Shown here one piece after another: positions 10,339 through 19,652 of a DNA stretch of 33,551 bases; the stretch's first letter is position 1; each line of letters starts with the position of its first letter. The stretch lies in contig JANOAV010000027.1 in the NCBI GenBank assembly GCA_031411295.1, positions 1 through 33,551 of the forward strand, given 5' to 3'. A model generated the notes under the pieces. It made no database searches. It saw only the letters and a program-made list of their open reading frames with translations, and was not told the DNA's origin. This stretch comes from Verrucomicrobiales bacterium (GTDB lineage: Bacteria > Verrucomicrobiota > Verrucomicrobiia > Verrucomicrobiales > V1-33). The position numbers and the translations under genes are program-made.

Positions 10339-10456
10339 TGGGACCGTGCACAGGCCTAAGCATTCAATTTTTTTCGAATAAACGCAACTCTTTAACCACG
10401 AACTACGGTAACAATTTTCCGCTCGGCGGAACGGCGTTTTCGGCGGCAACGGGGAT

Positions 10457-11728
10457 TTAGGGGAACAATCCGCGCAGTTGCTTGGCCTCATACACCCGTT
10501 TGATGCCCAGGCTCAGCGCGGCAAAACGCATGCTCACATTCCGCTGGCGGCTCAGCTTCAGCGTCTGAGAGAAGGATTGCTCCAGAATGCGATAGAGTTT
10601 ACTCATGACCTCAGCCTCGTCCCAGAAGAAGCTTTGCAGATCCTGAACCCATTCAAAATAGGAAACGATGACCCCGCCGGCATTGCAGAGGATGTCCGGG
10701 ATGACAAAAATTTCCGGGCGTTGGGCAATGATCTCGTCTGCTTCCGGAGTGGTGGGACCGTTCGCCCCTTCGGCCAGGATGCGGCACTTAATCTGGGCGG
10801 CGTTCGCTGCCGTGATCTGGCGTTCCAGCGCAGCCGGGACCAGAATATCGCAAGGCGTCACCAGCAATTGCTCGTTCGTGATGGCTTCCGCTCCGGGAAA
10901 GCCCACCACCGAGCGGGTCTGCGCCACGTGCGCATCGAGTTTCGCCAGATCAATCCCTTGGGCGTTGTAAAGTCCGCCAAAGGCATCGCTCACGGCAATG
11001 ATCTTCACCCCTTGATTGGCCAGCGTTCCAGCAGCAATGGCCCCCACGTTGCCGAATCCCTGCACCACCGCCGTAGCTTGAGAGGCGTCGATGCCCAAGG
11101 TATCCATCGCCCGGGAGGCAAGAAATGCCACCCCGCGGCCCGTCGCCTCCCGCCGACCCAGCGAGCCGCCGAGGTTCACTGGTTTGCCGGTCACGACGGC
11201 GGGCACGCAGTGCCCACTTTGTTGGGAATAGGTATCCATCATCCACGCCATCGTCTGTTCATTGGTGCCCATGTCCGGGGCCGGAATATCGATTTGCGGC
11301 CCGATGAAGGGGATCAATTCCTGAGTATAGCGGCGGGTGACGCGCTCCAGTTCCCCGAGCGAAAGCCCCCGGGGATTGCACGTGACTCCGCCCTTGGCCC
11401 CCCCGTAGGGCAGACCATTGAGCGCGCATTTCCAACTCATCCACATGGCCAAGGCAGCCACTTCACCCAACGTGACGTCCGGGTGAAAGCGCACCCCGCC
11501 CTTCGTCGGCCCCAGGGTCAAATGATGCTGCACCCGGTAACCCATGAAGACACTCGTGCTCCCATCATCCAAGCGCACTGGCATGGCCACGCTCAGACTC
11601 CGTTTGGGCAGCTTTAACCGGTCCCGCGCGCTTTCGGGAATTTCCAGGAAATCAGCCACCAGCTCGAACTGCTGGCAGGCCATGCGAAAGACCGGGGTGT
11701 CATAAATCTGAGGAATTAGGAGGCTCAT
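10457..11728 (-). CDS. gdhA: Glutamate dehydrogenase (Glu/Leu/Phe/Val dehydrogenase family)
   Basis: GPTKGGVRF, LPYGGAKGG, DIPAPDMGTN, GSLGRREATGRG, VQGFGNVG, EGANGPTT, NAGGVIVSYFEWVQ. Confidence 0.95.
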   Translation of the reverse strand: MSLLIPQIYDTPVFRMACQQFELVADFLEIPESARDRLKLPKRSLSVAMPVRLDDGSTSVFMGYRVQHHLTLGPTKGGVRFHPDVTLGEVAALAMWMSWKCALNGLPYGGAKGGVTCNPRGLSLGELERVTRRYTQELIPFIGPQIDIPAPDMGTNEQTMAWMMDTYSQQSGHCVPAVVTGKPVNLGGSLGRREATGRGVAFLASRAMDTLGIDASQATAVVQGFGNVGAIAAGTLANQGVKIIAVSDAFGGLYNAQGIDLAKLDAHVAQTRSVVGFPGAEAITNEQLLVTPCDILVPAALERQITAANAAQIKCRILAEGANGPTTPEADEIIAQRPEIFVIPDILCNAGGVIVSYFEWVQDLQSFFWDEAEVMSKLYRILEQSFSQTLKLSRQRNVSMRFAALSLGIKRVYEAKQLRGLFP

Positions 11729-11737
11729 ATGGCCGCC

Positions 11738-11765
11738 ATTATACAATAGACCCAGAAGTTGTCGA
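11738..11765 (-). promoter_or_regulatory. gdhA promoter
   Basis: Minus strand TCGACA, 16 bp spacer, TATAAT, ending 9 nt before ATG 11728. Confidence 0.7.
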
Positions 11766-12009
11766 AGAGCATGACGGAAAATCAGCGTCGCCCAGACCTA
11801 GCGATGTGACACGCAAATAATCACTCGATGTGTCAAGTAATCTTCAGGCTGGCACATTGTATTACCGCAAGCGTGTATTAAGGCTGGCCCGTTTTGCCTT
11901 CACGGTGAAATCAGCCCATTCCATCGGGCAACGAGATGCAGATCCGTATAAAAACAGGCCGCACAACAACCCGAACGGAACAGAGAATGCACAAACAACC
12001 CCAATGAAC

Positions 12010-13161
12010 TCAGCTTGGATGCCGCTTGAGCAGCCACCACAGCAGGCCACTTACCGCCACGATCGTCATGGCCCACACGAGCCACGATGTTGATGCGGGT
12101 TCTTCGCCCGTTGCCTTTGCTTCGGGTGCCGTGGATAATGCTGGCTGCACGTTTGGCAGTGCGGGTTTCGTTCTTTGCGGCACCTCCGTTGCAGTGCCTC
12201 CATGAGTTGCCCGCCACTCTGGCCAGGCAACTTGGCTAATGCCAAGCAGTTGCCCCTTGAAGTTGATGATTGGCTTTGGTTGCACCTTCCCTTCGACTAT
12301 CGGAATGGTTGAACGAAGCACTGTGGCAGCGCTCTGCGCATCTCCATCACTATCGGATTCCAGTTCGGAAAGACGTGCCTTGAGCATTTCCGCGTATTTC
12401 GCGCCTCTCACTCCGTAGGCCTTTAAGCCACTCGCGGCCTTGGCGTATTGACTTGAGAGAGCAACTTTACCTCCACGCTTGGGGTAGTTTTCTGGCTTGT
12501 ATGGGATGCTCAAGAACTCGCCATAAAACGGCTCCGCTTCCTCGAGTGTCCACCTTGTCATGGCTGAACCCAAAAGGAAGGATGCCAGCTCGGCTCGCGT
12601 GTGAAGTTCATGTCGCTGATCGAATTTTTGAGCGATTTCCTGATGAAGGGATGTGTCATCTAGCTTGAGATCAAAGACGCTGCTATAAGCATCCATCACT
12701 GCTGATGGTAATGCCGTCTCGGAATGAATGATCTCCAATAATGCTCCCTTCACTTCAGGCGTCGGTTTCGTCATCCTCAGCAGTCGATGCAACTGGTCCG
12801 GTGCCGTATTGTTGGTTGATGAGGCTCGGAGCAAATCGAGCATGACCGTTTCATGGGCGTGCAGGTAGTCCTCGACTTTTGCCACCCGCTGTTGTCTTTC
12901 GGGCGTCGGCTCGTGCAATTCCGACTCAACTCCGTAAAAATAATTGAGGATGGTGTTGTTCTGTAGGTCGTTTTTAACGAGATACCGCTGCGCCGGAACT
13001 CCCGTTGGATCAGCCTTGAGAAGCCCCTGCAGTTGCCCCAGGATTTCGTCAATACGTTGCTTTACCGACTCCGACGTAAGTTGCTGAGAGAGCAGGCAAG
13101 TCGATGACATGACGAACACAGAAAGAAGCAGGCTAAGAGTATTACCTGATTGATTTTTCAC
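12010..13161 (-). CDS. Exported protein with C-terminal membrane anchor, candidate orphan immunity protein
   Basis: Signal peptide, helical body, Pro/Thr linker, WLVWAMTIVAVSGLLWWLLKR anchor. Immunity role inferred from position only. Confidence 0.7.
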   Translation of the reverse strand: MKNQSGNTLSLLLSVFVMSSTCLLSQQLTSESVKQRIDEILGQLQGLLKADPTGVPAQRYLVKNDLQNNTILNYFYGVESELHEPTPERQQRVAKVEDYLHAHETVMLDLLRASSTNNTAPDQLHRLLRMTKPTPEVKGALLEIIHSETALPSAVMDAYSSVFDLKLDDTSLHQEIAQKFDQRHELHTRAELASFLLGSAMTRWTLEEAEPFYGEFLSIPYKPENYPKRGGKVALSSQYAKAASGLKAYGVRGAKYAEMLKARLSELESDSDGDAQSAATVLRSTIPIVEGKVQPKPIINFKGQLLGISQVAWPEWRATHGGTATEVPQRTKPALPNVQPALSTAPEAKATGEEPASTSWLVWAMTIVAVSGLLWWLLKRHPS

Positions 13162-13185
13162 TGCTTTTGTCGGAGTAGTTCTGAT

Positions 13186-13218
13186 TCAAGCCTCCACCGG
13201 GATAAGGATTTGGTTCAT
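13186..13218 (-). pseudogene. Remnant of an orphan toxin module (MNQILIPVEA*)
   Basis: ATG overlaps the stop of 13215..14072. Shares ctccaccggga (13192-13202) with the LLPVE junction of the toxin gene (14879-14889). Confidence 0.5.
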
Positions 13219-14072
13219 GGCTTGAGGTTTCTCATAAGGGATCGTAAAATTATGAGGATCAACACCACCACAACGCCCCCAACAGTTAGGTAAATGATAT
13301 AGATGAAAAAGGGCGTATATCCTGAACTTTCATCAGTGCCTTCTATTCTATCCGCACTGACACGCACAGCTTCCGGTGGCGGGGCTATGGGCGGCTGGAC
13401 TGGAGAGGATTTCTGAGGATTGCCGCGTTGAGCTTCCTTTGAGCGAAGGAGTGCAATGAAATCAATTAGTTTGCTTGTGAGATTACCCTGAGTCTTGGGA
13501 ATAAATGTTTTAACCGATTCTAGCGCCGACTCGAACGTCAGAATTTTAGGTATTTCACCAGCCTCTAGCAGTATTTTATCGTCATTAAGAAAAACTTGGA
13601 TACGTGTGTTCGTTGCTGTCAATCGGATTGTTACCGTCGGTGAAAGGCTGAACTCCTCTAGCAGTATCTTGGCGGCACGCTGTTGGTCATCTAAGGCGGC
13701 TGATTCCAACAACTTCGGCGTTCCGAATTTGTCAATGAGTTGTGTCCGCATCGCCTGCACCTGCGCTAGTGATGGTTTTTGTTCGTAGTTCAACCAAACG
13801 GACCCCAATTTTCCTGCCACGAATTTATAAACTAATGTTGAACCATCGGCTTTCAGGTCAGCGAAATCGCCCTGAGTAAATTGCTTAGGCTGATCACTAG
13901 GATACATTTCAACTGCGGAAGTATTGACGTCGCGGAATGCCTCAAAAGACATCCCCGTATCGATCCGGGCAGAGCCAGCGTCCCAAGGAAACGCTTCTGA
14001 AACGGGGAAAGCCAAGGCGAATCTTGCCGCCGCCGCAAACATGAAAATGAGCAGATTTTTCGAAAGGCTCAT
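13215..14072 (-). CDS. Exported protein with C-terminal TM anchor, candidate cognate immunity protein
   Basis: Start overlaps the stop of the 840-aa gene (ATGA). Signal peptide, AT-rich sequence, C-terminal TM helix. Confidence 0.72.
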   Translation of the reverse strand: MSLSKNLLIFMFAAAARFALAFPVSEAFPWDAGSARIDTGMSFEAFRDVNTSAVEMYPSDQPKQFTQGDFADLKADGSTLVYKFVAGKLGSVWLNYEQKPSLAQVQAMRTQLIDKFGTPKLLESAALDDQQRAAKILLEEFSLSPTVTIRLTATNTRIQVFLNDDKILLEAGEIPKILTFESALESVKTFIPKTQGNLTSKLIDFIALLRSKEAQRGNPQKSSPVQPPIAPPPEAVRVSADRIEGTDESSGYTPFFIYIIYLTVGGVVVVLILIILRSLMRNLKP

Positions 14073-16591
14073 GGCTGGAAGATTTTAGTCTGATCGGATT
14101 TACGCAGAATGTTATCATGGGTCGTCACTGTTTTTTCGGGAGGTGTCCAAGCTCGCAGTTCCCCTGCTGCAAATGCGGTCTCCAGCACGCTAATCCAGTC
14201 ATCTGCCCCTATCGTTGATCCAGTTGCCGCCAAATTGCCCCCTACGGTAGCACCATAATCATTGTTGAAAAGGTCCATGGTGCAATTACTTGCTAAGGCG
14301 TTTTGATCAAACCTTCCAGTATGTTCATTGGCTGTTGTTATGATCAGCGTTATTTCTCGGCCTATGAGTTGGGCAGTAACCGCGTTCCAAGTGGAGTGGC
14401 GGATCGCGTCTTGTTTGGTGCCGCCGTGGGCACCATCAGCTCCATATTTTGCCGCGACTTTGTTGCGAGTCAATACACCGTAAATACCGGCTGTGATCCA
14501 TGCACCTCCGACCAACGCTTTTAGTTCATCACTGTTGAGCTTCATGGTGGCAGTATCCGGAACATTGAGTCGAATCTTAAACTCACACCCCCCAATCATC
14601 AAGGTTACCACCTTGAGTCCAGAATCCGCCCAACCCACACGGAATTCTCGTTCGTTATTTTTATTGGGAAGTCCTGGGCCACTCCATTGCACAAAATTCT
14701 CAGGCAAACCACCTGCATCGACCAAATCGCCGAGCACGCCCCCGAGGCTCACGAAAGCTTCTTCATTGGGCCAGAGGGCGAATAATTCACCAGCAACGTT
14801 TCCATCGTCAGGTTTCGCAGGAAAGTATGCTGGTTGACTACCATGTGGACCTAATACGTTATTTTGTCTTACCCTTATCTCCACCGGGAGGAGGTTTGCA
14901 TAAGCGCTCCCCCAGATATTTCCATCCGCCTGATGCGTGGTGGTCCGAGCCCCAGTCGAGGAGACGACGCGCACTCTGGTTAACCCGTCCCCCCAGGCTG
15001 GGTGGGCGATGTTATTGATCGTTGGTTTTGCGTCGTAGTAGAGGGAGGAGACGGCAGATCCCGCCGGAATGGTCAACGTGACTTTTTCTAGTTTGTCGAT
15101 TCCAGTGAAAGGGATGGGGGCGCCTTGGAGTGGGATATACTGCCCTTCGTGCCCCCACAGCATATAGAACGTTTTGGTCTGTTCGATTAGAATGGGGTAG
15201 GGTCTTGTGGCCCAGACTCGCTGCCACGCGCTGCCAGCACTTTCTATGGGTGGGGCTTTGTCCTCGGGGGGGTAGAATTGGTCAACGCCTTGAGTCTCAA
15301 CTACCGTCATGGTGTTGGGAAAGTGGAAAAAAGTCAGCCAAGCATCAACATTTCCCGAAGTGTTCACCCTTCCCCAAGGGAGTTCTGGGAACTGCACCGC
15401 AGAGACGGCTCCTTGGTAGCCTGCGATTCCAAGGGCGGAGGACGGGAGCCACTGAATTTTCTGAATTGGAGGATCCCAAGCTGCGGTTTGGCCATTCCAC
15501 TCCCCAGTCCAATCTAAGACGGCGTTGAAGCTGATCGCTTCCTGCCACTGATAATAATTTGCGTCGGAACCGTAAGTAAACTGCGCGGTCTTGTAGCCCG
15601 TCCCCACTGAAACTGAAGTCAACGCCAAGTATTCAATCGGATACACCGTTGGGTCGTTGGGAGCGGGGTCCGCGCCGTCTGGCACGCCGTCGCCATCCGT
15701 ATCCGCCTTAGTGGGGTCGGTGCCGTCCTGTTGTTCCTGTAAATTGGTCCTTCCATCCGCGTCCAAGTCAGCAATCGCGCTGGCGGCTCGGGGGTCCGAC
15801 GCGCCGTAGAACGCGTTAAAGCCATACTGGTTTTCCCACCAGTCGTAGAGGCCATTGCCGTTGGTGTCTATGCCACGTTCCGTGACGCGGTAAAAAATCC
15901 GCTGCCCGGAATCGGCACTGGGTGGCGTGGTGGGTAAAGTGACATCCGTTTCCTGGGTGATCCCGCCGCGGACCTGATCCAAGCTTTCCAAGAAAGCGGC
16001 CTTCTCCGCCAGACTCACAGGACCCCACGGCTGATTTGGTGGCACGGTGGGCAATTGAGCATCCTCCTTGGTCTGGGCAAAAACCCAAAGATGCCAACGG
16101 GCGTCAGGAAATTCCTTGGTATAAAAGCACCCCATCCCTCTTTGGGGGAAGGCTTGCGCTAACTCCCAACTCCATCCGGGACTGTCTTCGGTCGCCTCCC
16201 TAACCGCGATGGCACGGTCAACTCCCGGGGTGTTGGAAATGACCAGCGTAATATGGACCAATTTGGCTGGACGCGGCGGGTTTGGGGTAGCGCTCCCCTC
16301 CGTGGGCGGCGGGTCTTGGTAGAGGAAAAAGCGCTTCGGTGTGCCGTCGCCATAGTAGTTGCCCCCAGTTGCGACTGCGAAGGACTCAAGGTCCGGTGAT
16401 TCCTCCACTGCATAATGCCACCCAACCTTAGTTGGAAAAACGAGCCAGTGGCACCGATCCTGGTCAAGCTCACACTGGGCAATGAAAGGACTGGTCGGAG
16501 GCTGCGCGGGCAGGGCATTAGGCGAACCGAATCCGAGCGCTAGCAGCAGGACTTGGATAAGGCGGAACCGAAAAAGCAGAGGGGAATTCAT
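14069..16591 (-). CDS. Secreted TSP3-repeat protein with putative polymorphic toxin C-terminus (DUF6973-like)
   Basis: Signal peptide; DLDADGRTNLQEQQDGTDPTKADTDGDGVPDG calcium-binding repeat; LLPVE junction; C-terminal DAIRHSTWN...NEH...MDLFNNDYG motif. Confidence 0.7.
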   Translation of the reverse strand: MNSPLLFRFRLIQVLLLALGFGSPNALPAQPPTSPFIAQCELDQDRCHWLVFPTKVGWHYAVEESPDLESFAVATGGNYYGDGTPKRFFLYQDPPPTEGSATPNPPRPAKLVHITLVISNTPGVDRAIAVREATEDSPGWSWELAQAFPQRGMGCFYTKEFPDARWHLWVFAQTKEDAQLPTVPPNQPWGPVSLAEKAAFLESLDQVRGGITQETDVTLPTTPPSADSGQRIFYRVTERGIDTNGNGLYDWWENQYGFNAFYGASDPRAASAIADLDADGRTNLQEQQDGTDPTKADTDGDGVPDGADPAPNDPTVYPIEYLALTSVSVGTGYKTAQFTYGSDANYYQWQEAISFNAVLDWTGEWNGQTAAWDPPIQKIQWLPSSALGIAGYQGAVSAVQFPELPWGRVNTSGNVDAWLTFFHFPNTMTVVETQGVDQFYPPEDKAPPIESAGSAWQRVWATRPYPILIEQTKTFYMLWGHEGQYIPLQGAPIPFTGIDKLEKVTLTIPAGSAVSSLYYDAKPTINNIAHPAWGDGLTRVRVVSSTGARTTTHQADGNIWGSAYANLLPVEIRVRQNNVLGPHGSQPAYFPAKPDDGNVAGELFALWPNEEAFVSLGGVLGDLVDAGGLPENFVQWSGPGLPNKNNEREFRVGWADSGLKVVTLMIGGCEFKIRLNVPDTATMKLNSDELKALVGGAWITAGIYGVLTRNKVAAKYGADGAHGGTKQDAIRHSTWNAVTAQLIGREITLIITTANEHTGRFDQNALASNCTMDLFNNDYGATVGGNLAATGSTIGADDWISVLETAFAAGELRAWTPPEKTVTTHDNILRKSDQTKIFQP

Positions 16592-16751
16592 GGTGCTAAT
16601 TTATTTGGCCTTTCGTATAACACCACGGCGGGAGGCTGGCGAGAAATATTTTTGTTTCGAATAGCAAATAAATCTTGCCAACGTTAGCAGGAAATATTAA
16701 AACACGGGCTTTATGCCAGAATTCGTTGTCATCGGAAAGTATGCCCATGCG

Positions 16752-16821
16752 GTGAGTGGTTTAAAACTGCTGCGCCATCCTACTCCCCAGAACGATTGCG
16801 TCGATAGAAACTTTTCAGCGC
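16752..16821 (-). repeat. Dispersed promoter-bearing repeat, copy A (partial)
   Basis: gtgagtggtttaaaa..gccatcctactccccagaacgattgcgtcgatagaaac matches copies B, C and D. Confidence 0.9.
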
Positions 16822-16866
16822 TCACCGCTCTCCGCTCCGCTCCGACCTCCCCCCCCGTTTACCCCG

Positions 16867-17136
16867 CTACCTCCGCAAAGCCTGAATCAGTTCATCCAGC
16901 TTCGTAGCCACATCCAGGATCGTGGGATTCGGCTGCGCTGGCAGCAGCAGAGCCACGCCATTGCTGCTGGCGGATGTGGTGTTGATGGCATCGGTGAGTT
17001 GGATGAAGGAAACATCACCCTGCGGTCCGGTCAGGCCGTCCTGACCTACGGGGATGTTGAAGCTGAAGTGGACAAACGATCCATCGAAGAAGACCGAAGC
17101 GCTGGCCGGAGTCGTGGGGCTCACCGGAGTGGCGGG
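16867..17136 (-). pseudogene. 5'-truncated collagen-like/fibre-like gene fragment
   Basis: GC-rich segment encoding FDGSFVHFSFNIPVGQDGLTGPQGDV...VATKLDELIQALRR*. Upstream codons are AT-rich and overlap another gene; no native start. Confidence 0.55.
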
Positions 17137-17219
17137 TGTAGGATGAATTTCGTGGTCTCTGTCCAAATGTGTTTCCTTCGAGACTGACTGGTGGAAACCA
17201 ACATGGCGGACGGACGTTG

Positions 17220-17789
17220 TTATTTTACCAAGATTTTCAATGTCATTTTCGCACAATTTATAGAAATTATCGAGCGGACACTTTCGTCGACACCTATACG
17301 AAGCGGGTGCCCAGTAAAAATCACACTGTCTTCTTCAATTCTTGGCTCCAGCACATTCCAAAGAACAGCGCCTAATACTCTCGGGATTTTTCTCCAAGAG
17401 GGAAAATCGACATCCTTACTACTGGAGAAAACCTTAACCTCAGGGAATCCTTCCTTGTTTAAATCCAAAATTCGCGCCAATGTCACGGAATTATCTTCAC
17501 CGAATTCTTCCGAAGATGTAACCAGGCAGCAATTCTTATGAATTAAAATGCGGTCAGCCTTTCCCCCAGCCATAAATCTGTGCATCGTTAACGAATACCC
17601 GTTGTGAGCCTGATTTAGCCGAAACGCTTGAAGGTGATACCCAATATCAGGCTCGTTGTTTGCCACAAACAGTAGCGAGCCATCACTCGATAATGCCACA
17701 ACACTGTCCTTTTTTGGGGCACTCTCGTTGGCATCTTTCGAAAAGCCAGCAATGATTAAAATGATCTGGAGCAGAGTTAAAATTTTCAT
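17220..17789 (-). CDS. AT-rich exported hypothetical protein
   Basis: 189-aa ORF with hydrophobic N-terminus MKILTLLQIILIIAG. Confidence 0.7.
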   Translation of the reverse strand: MKILTLLQIILIIAGFSKDANESAPKKDSVVALSSDGSLLFVANNEPDIGYHLQAFRLNQAHNGYSLTMHRFMAGGKADRILIHKNCCLVTSSEEFGEDNSVTLARILDLNKEGFPEVKVFSSSKDVDFPSWRKIPRVLGAVLWNVLEPRIEEDSVIFTGHPLRIGVDESVRSIISINCAKMTLKILVK

Positions 17790-18018
17790 TTTAAATGGTT
17801 TTTCGGAACGACTGTTTTCGACTTTTTCTTAAATAACAAGAAGTTTTATCTTGTCCGGATGTGAGACTAGCGTTATATCTCCTGCCATGCAACTGTTGCC
17901 GGATATTCTGGACGGTTTTTGGATCGGCCGCCGGGAACGGGGAGTCGGGAGTGGAGCGATTGGTGGGACTGAAGGGGAGCGGAAGGTGGCGGAGGGGTTG
18001 CCAGCAGAGGAGACCTTG

Positions 18019-18517
18019 GGGTCGGAATTTCCGTGCGCGGCGTCAGCAGGTAAGATCATGGCGTCTGGGTGTCCGGACGAGGTGTTGGGAGGTGCTGACA
18101 CGGTGTCCGGGTGTCCAGACGCGTTGTCAGGAGTTGCCGACAAGGAATCTGGACGTCTGGACGCGCTGTCGGTAGTTGCCAACACGGTGTCCGGGTGTCC
18201 GGACACGCTGTCAGCAGGTGCTGACAAGGAATCTGGACGTCCGGACGCGCTGTCGGTAGTTGCCGACACGGTGGCTGGATGTCCGGACGAGGCGGTAGCA
18301 GGTAAAAACACGGTGTCCGAGTGTCCGGACGCGGTGTCGGAAAGGCTGACATGGAATCTGGGTGTCCGGACGCGTTGTCGGCAAGGCTGGCACCGAATCT
18401 GGGTGTCCGGACGCGGTGTTGGCAAGGCTGACAACCGATCCGGACGTCCGGACGCGATGTTTGCAAGTCTGACACCGAATCTGGACGTCCAGATTGCTTG
18501 TCGGAAAGTCTGATACC
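18019..18517. repeat. Tandem array of 42/41-bp units, each made of two palindromic ~21-mers
   Basis: Six 42-bp units (18061-18312), five 41-bp units (18313-18517) and one degenerate unit (18019-18060). Confidence 0.92.
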
Positions 18518-18608
18518 GGGGCCGGAAGCTCGGAACCTGATATTCTCATCCAATTTTCATCGCTCTCTCTGAATCGGTCCATTAAAAACCCTAAATCCAG
18601 CACATCCC

Positions 18609-19586
18609 ATGTCACTCGATCCATCCAAATACTCTCAGAATCAAATTGAGTCGGCCACCCGGAAGCGTTTTGCGCTGATGGATGAATTTATCTCCAATAT
18701 GAACCTCAAGGCCACGGCCGCGACCACGGGGATCACAGAGTTTTCCGGTGTCATGGGGGCATTTTCGATGCAGTTCGGAGCTTGGCATGGCACCTATCTG
18801 GGTTGGCGGACGGCCACTGTGCACATTCCGGCGTCGACGCTCGCCTTTGAGGAAAAAATGGCGAGCCTGACCCGAGCCACCGCAGCCGCCAACAGCCCGC
18901 TGCAGAACTGGGATGCCACCATTGCCGGTCAGACTCCCACTCTGGGCCCCATTTATTTGGAGCTCTTCCCCAATGGCCGCGCCACTTTTACCGAGGGCAC
19001 TTATGAAACCCGCCTTGATGCCCTGGAAAATCTGGGCAATGCGTTGACAGCCCAAGTGGCAAAACCAGTCTTAGTGGCTTTGGGGGCCACCGTCTCCGCC
19101 TTTGCCGCGGAAGCGCGCGCCCTGCACGATTCCCAGACCCAAGCCAAAGCGGCGTTGGAACTCTTGCGCATCCAACTGGAAACCCGACGGTTGGCGATTG
19201 CCATCGCTGGCTATCAAGTCATCGGCTGCGGCATGATGGTCTGGGGTGCCACTCCGGAACTGGTGGAAACGCTGTTCGATGTCAACATCCTCCGCGCGCC
19301 CAGTATGGATGCGCCTGCGGCTCCGGTGGATACTCTCTGGACCCCAGCCACGCGCACGCTCTCCACGACCGTCATGCCCGTGGGAGCCACCCGTCTCGAA
19401 GCCTGGCGCACCGCTCCCGGCGGCATGCCAGAACAACTCCACACCGGAGATTCCGGTCAGACCTCCGTCACCATCCCCGTCACCATCACCTGGGTCAGCG
19501 GCGGGCTGTATCAAATCTGGCTCGTGGCCGTGAATAGCACCGGAGCCAGCGAGCCCGGGCCGGTGCAGAGCTGGACGGCTCCGTAA
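18609..19586 (+). CDS. Helical-bundle protein with C-terminal fibronectin type III-like domain
   Basis: Clean GC3-rich 325-aa ORF with no signal peptide. Long amphipathic helices (YLELFPNG motif) and C-terminal LYQIWLVAVNSTGASEPG. Confidence 0.8.
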   Translation: MSLDPSKYSQNQIESATRKRFALMDEFISNMNLKATAATTGITEFSGVMGAFSMQFGAWHGTYLGWRTATVHIPASTLAFEEKMASLTRATAAANSPLQNWDATIAGQTPTLGPIYLELFPNGRATFTEGTYETRLDALENLGNALTAQVAKPVLVALGATVSAFAAEARALHDSQTQAKAALELLRIQLETRRLAIAIAGYQVIGCGMMVWGATPELVETLFDVNILRAPSMDAPAAPVDTLWTPATRTLSTTVMPVGATRLEAWRTAPGGMPEQLHTGDSGQTSVTIPVTITWVSGGLYQIWLVAVNSTGASEPGPVQSWTAP

Positions 19587-19652
19587 GTTTCCTTCCACCC
19601 CAGAGTGCGCCTCGGAGTGCGTGGCGCACGCTTGCTGGTTCAATGAGGCACC

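Noticed and set aside
10478..11617. 379-aa ORF antisense to gdhA
   Set aside because: Long antisense frame expected from codon bias; no protein motifs.
18019..18517. CRISPR array interpretation
   Set aside because: No unique spacers between constant repeats and no cas genes in the window.
17829..18624. Several 100-220 aa ORFs across the tandem array
   Set aside because: Open in multiple frames on both strands because of the repeat, and the 41-bp units break frame periodicity.
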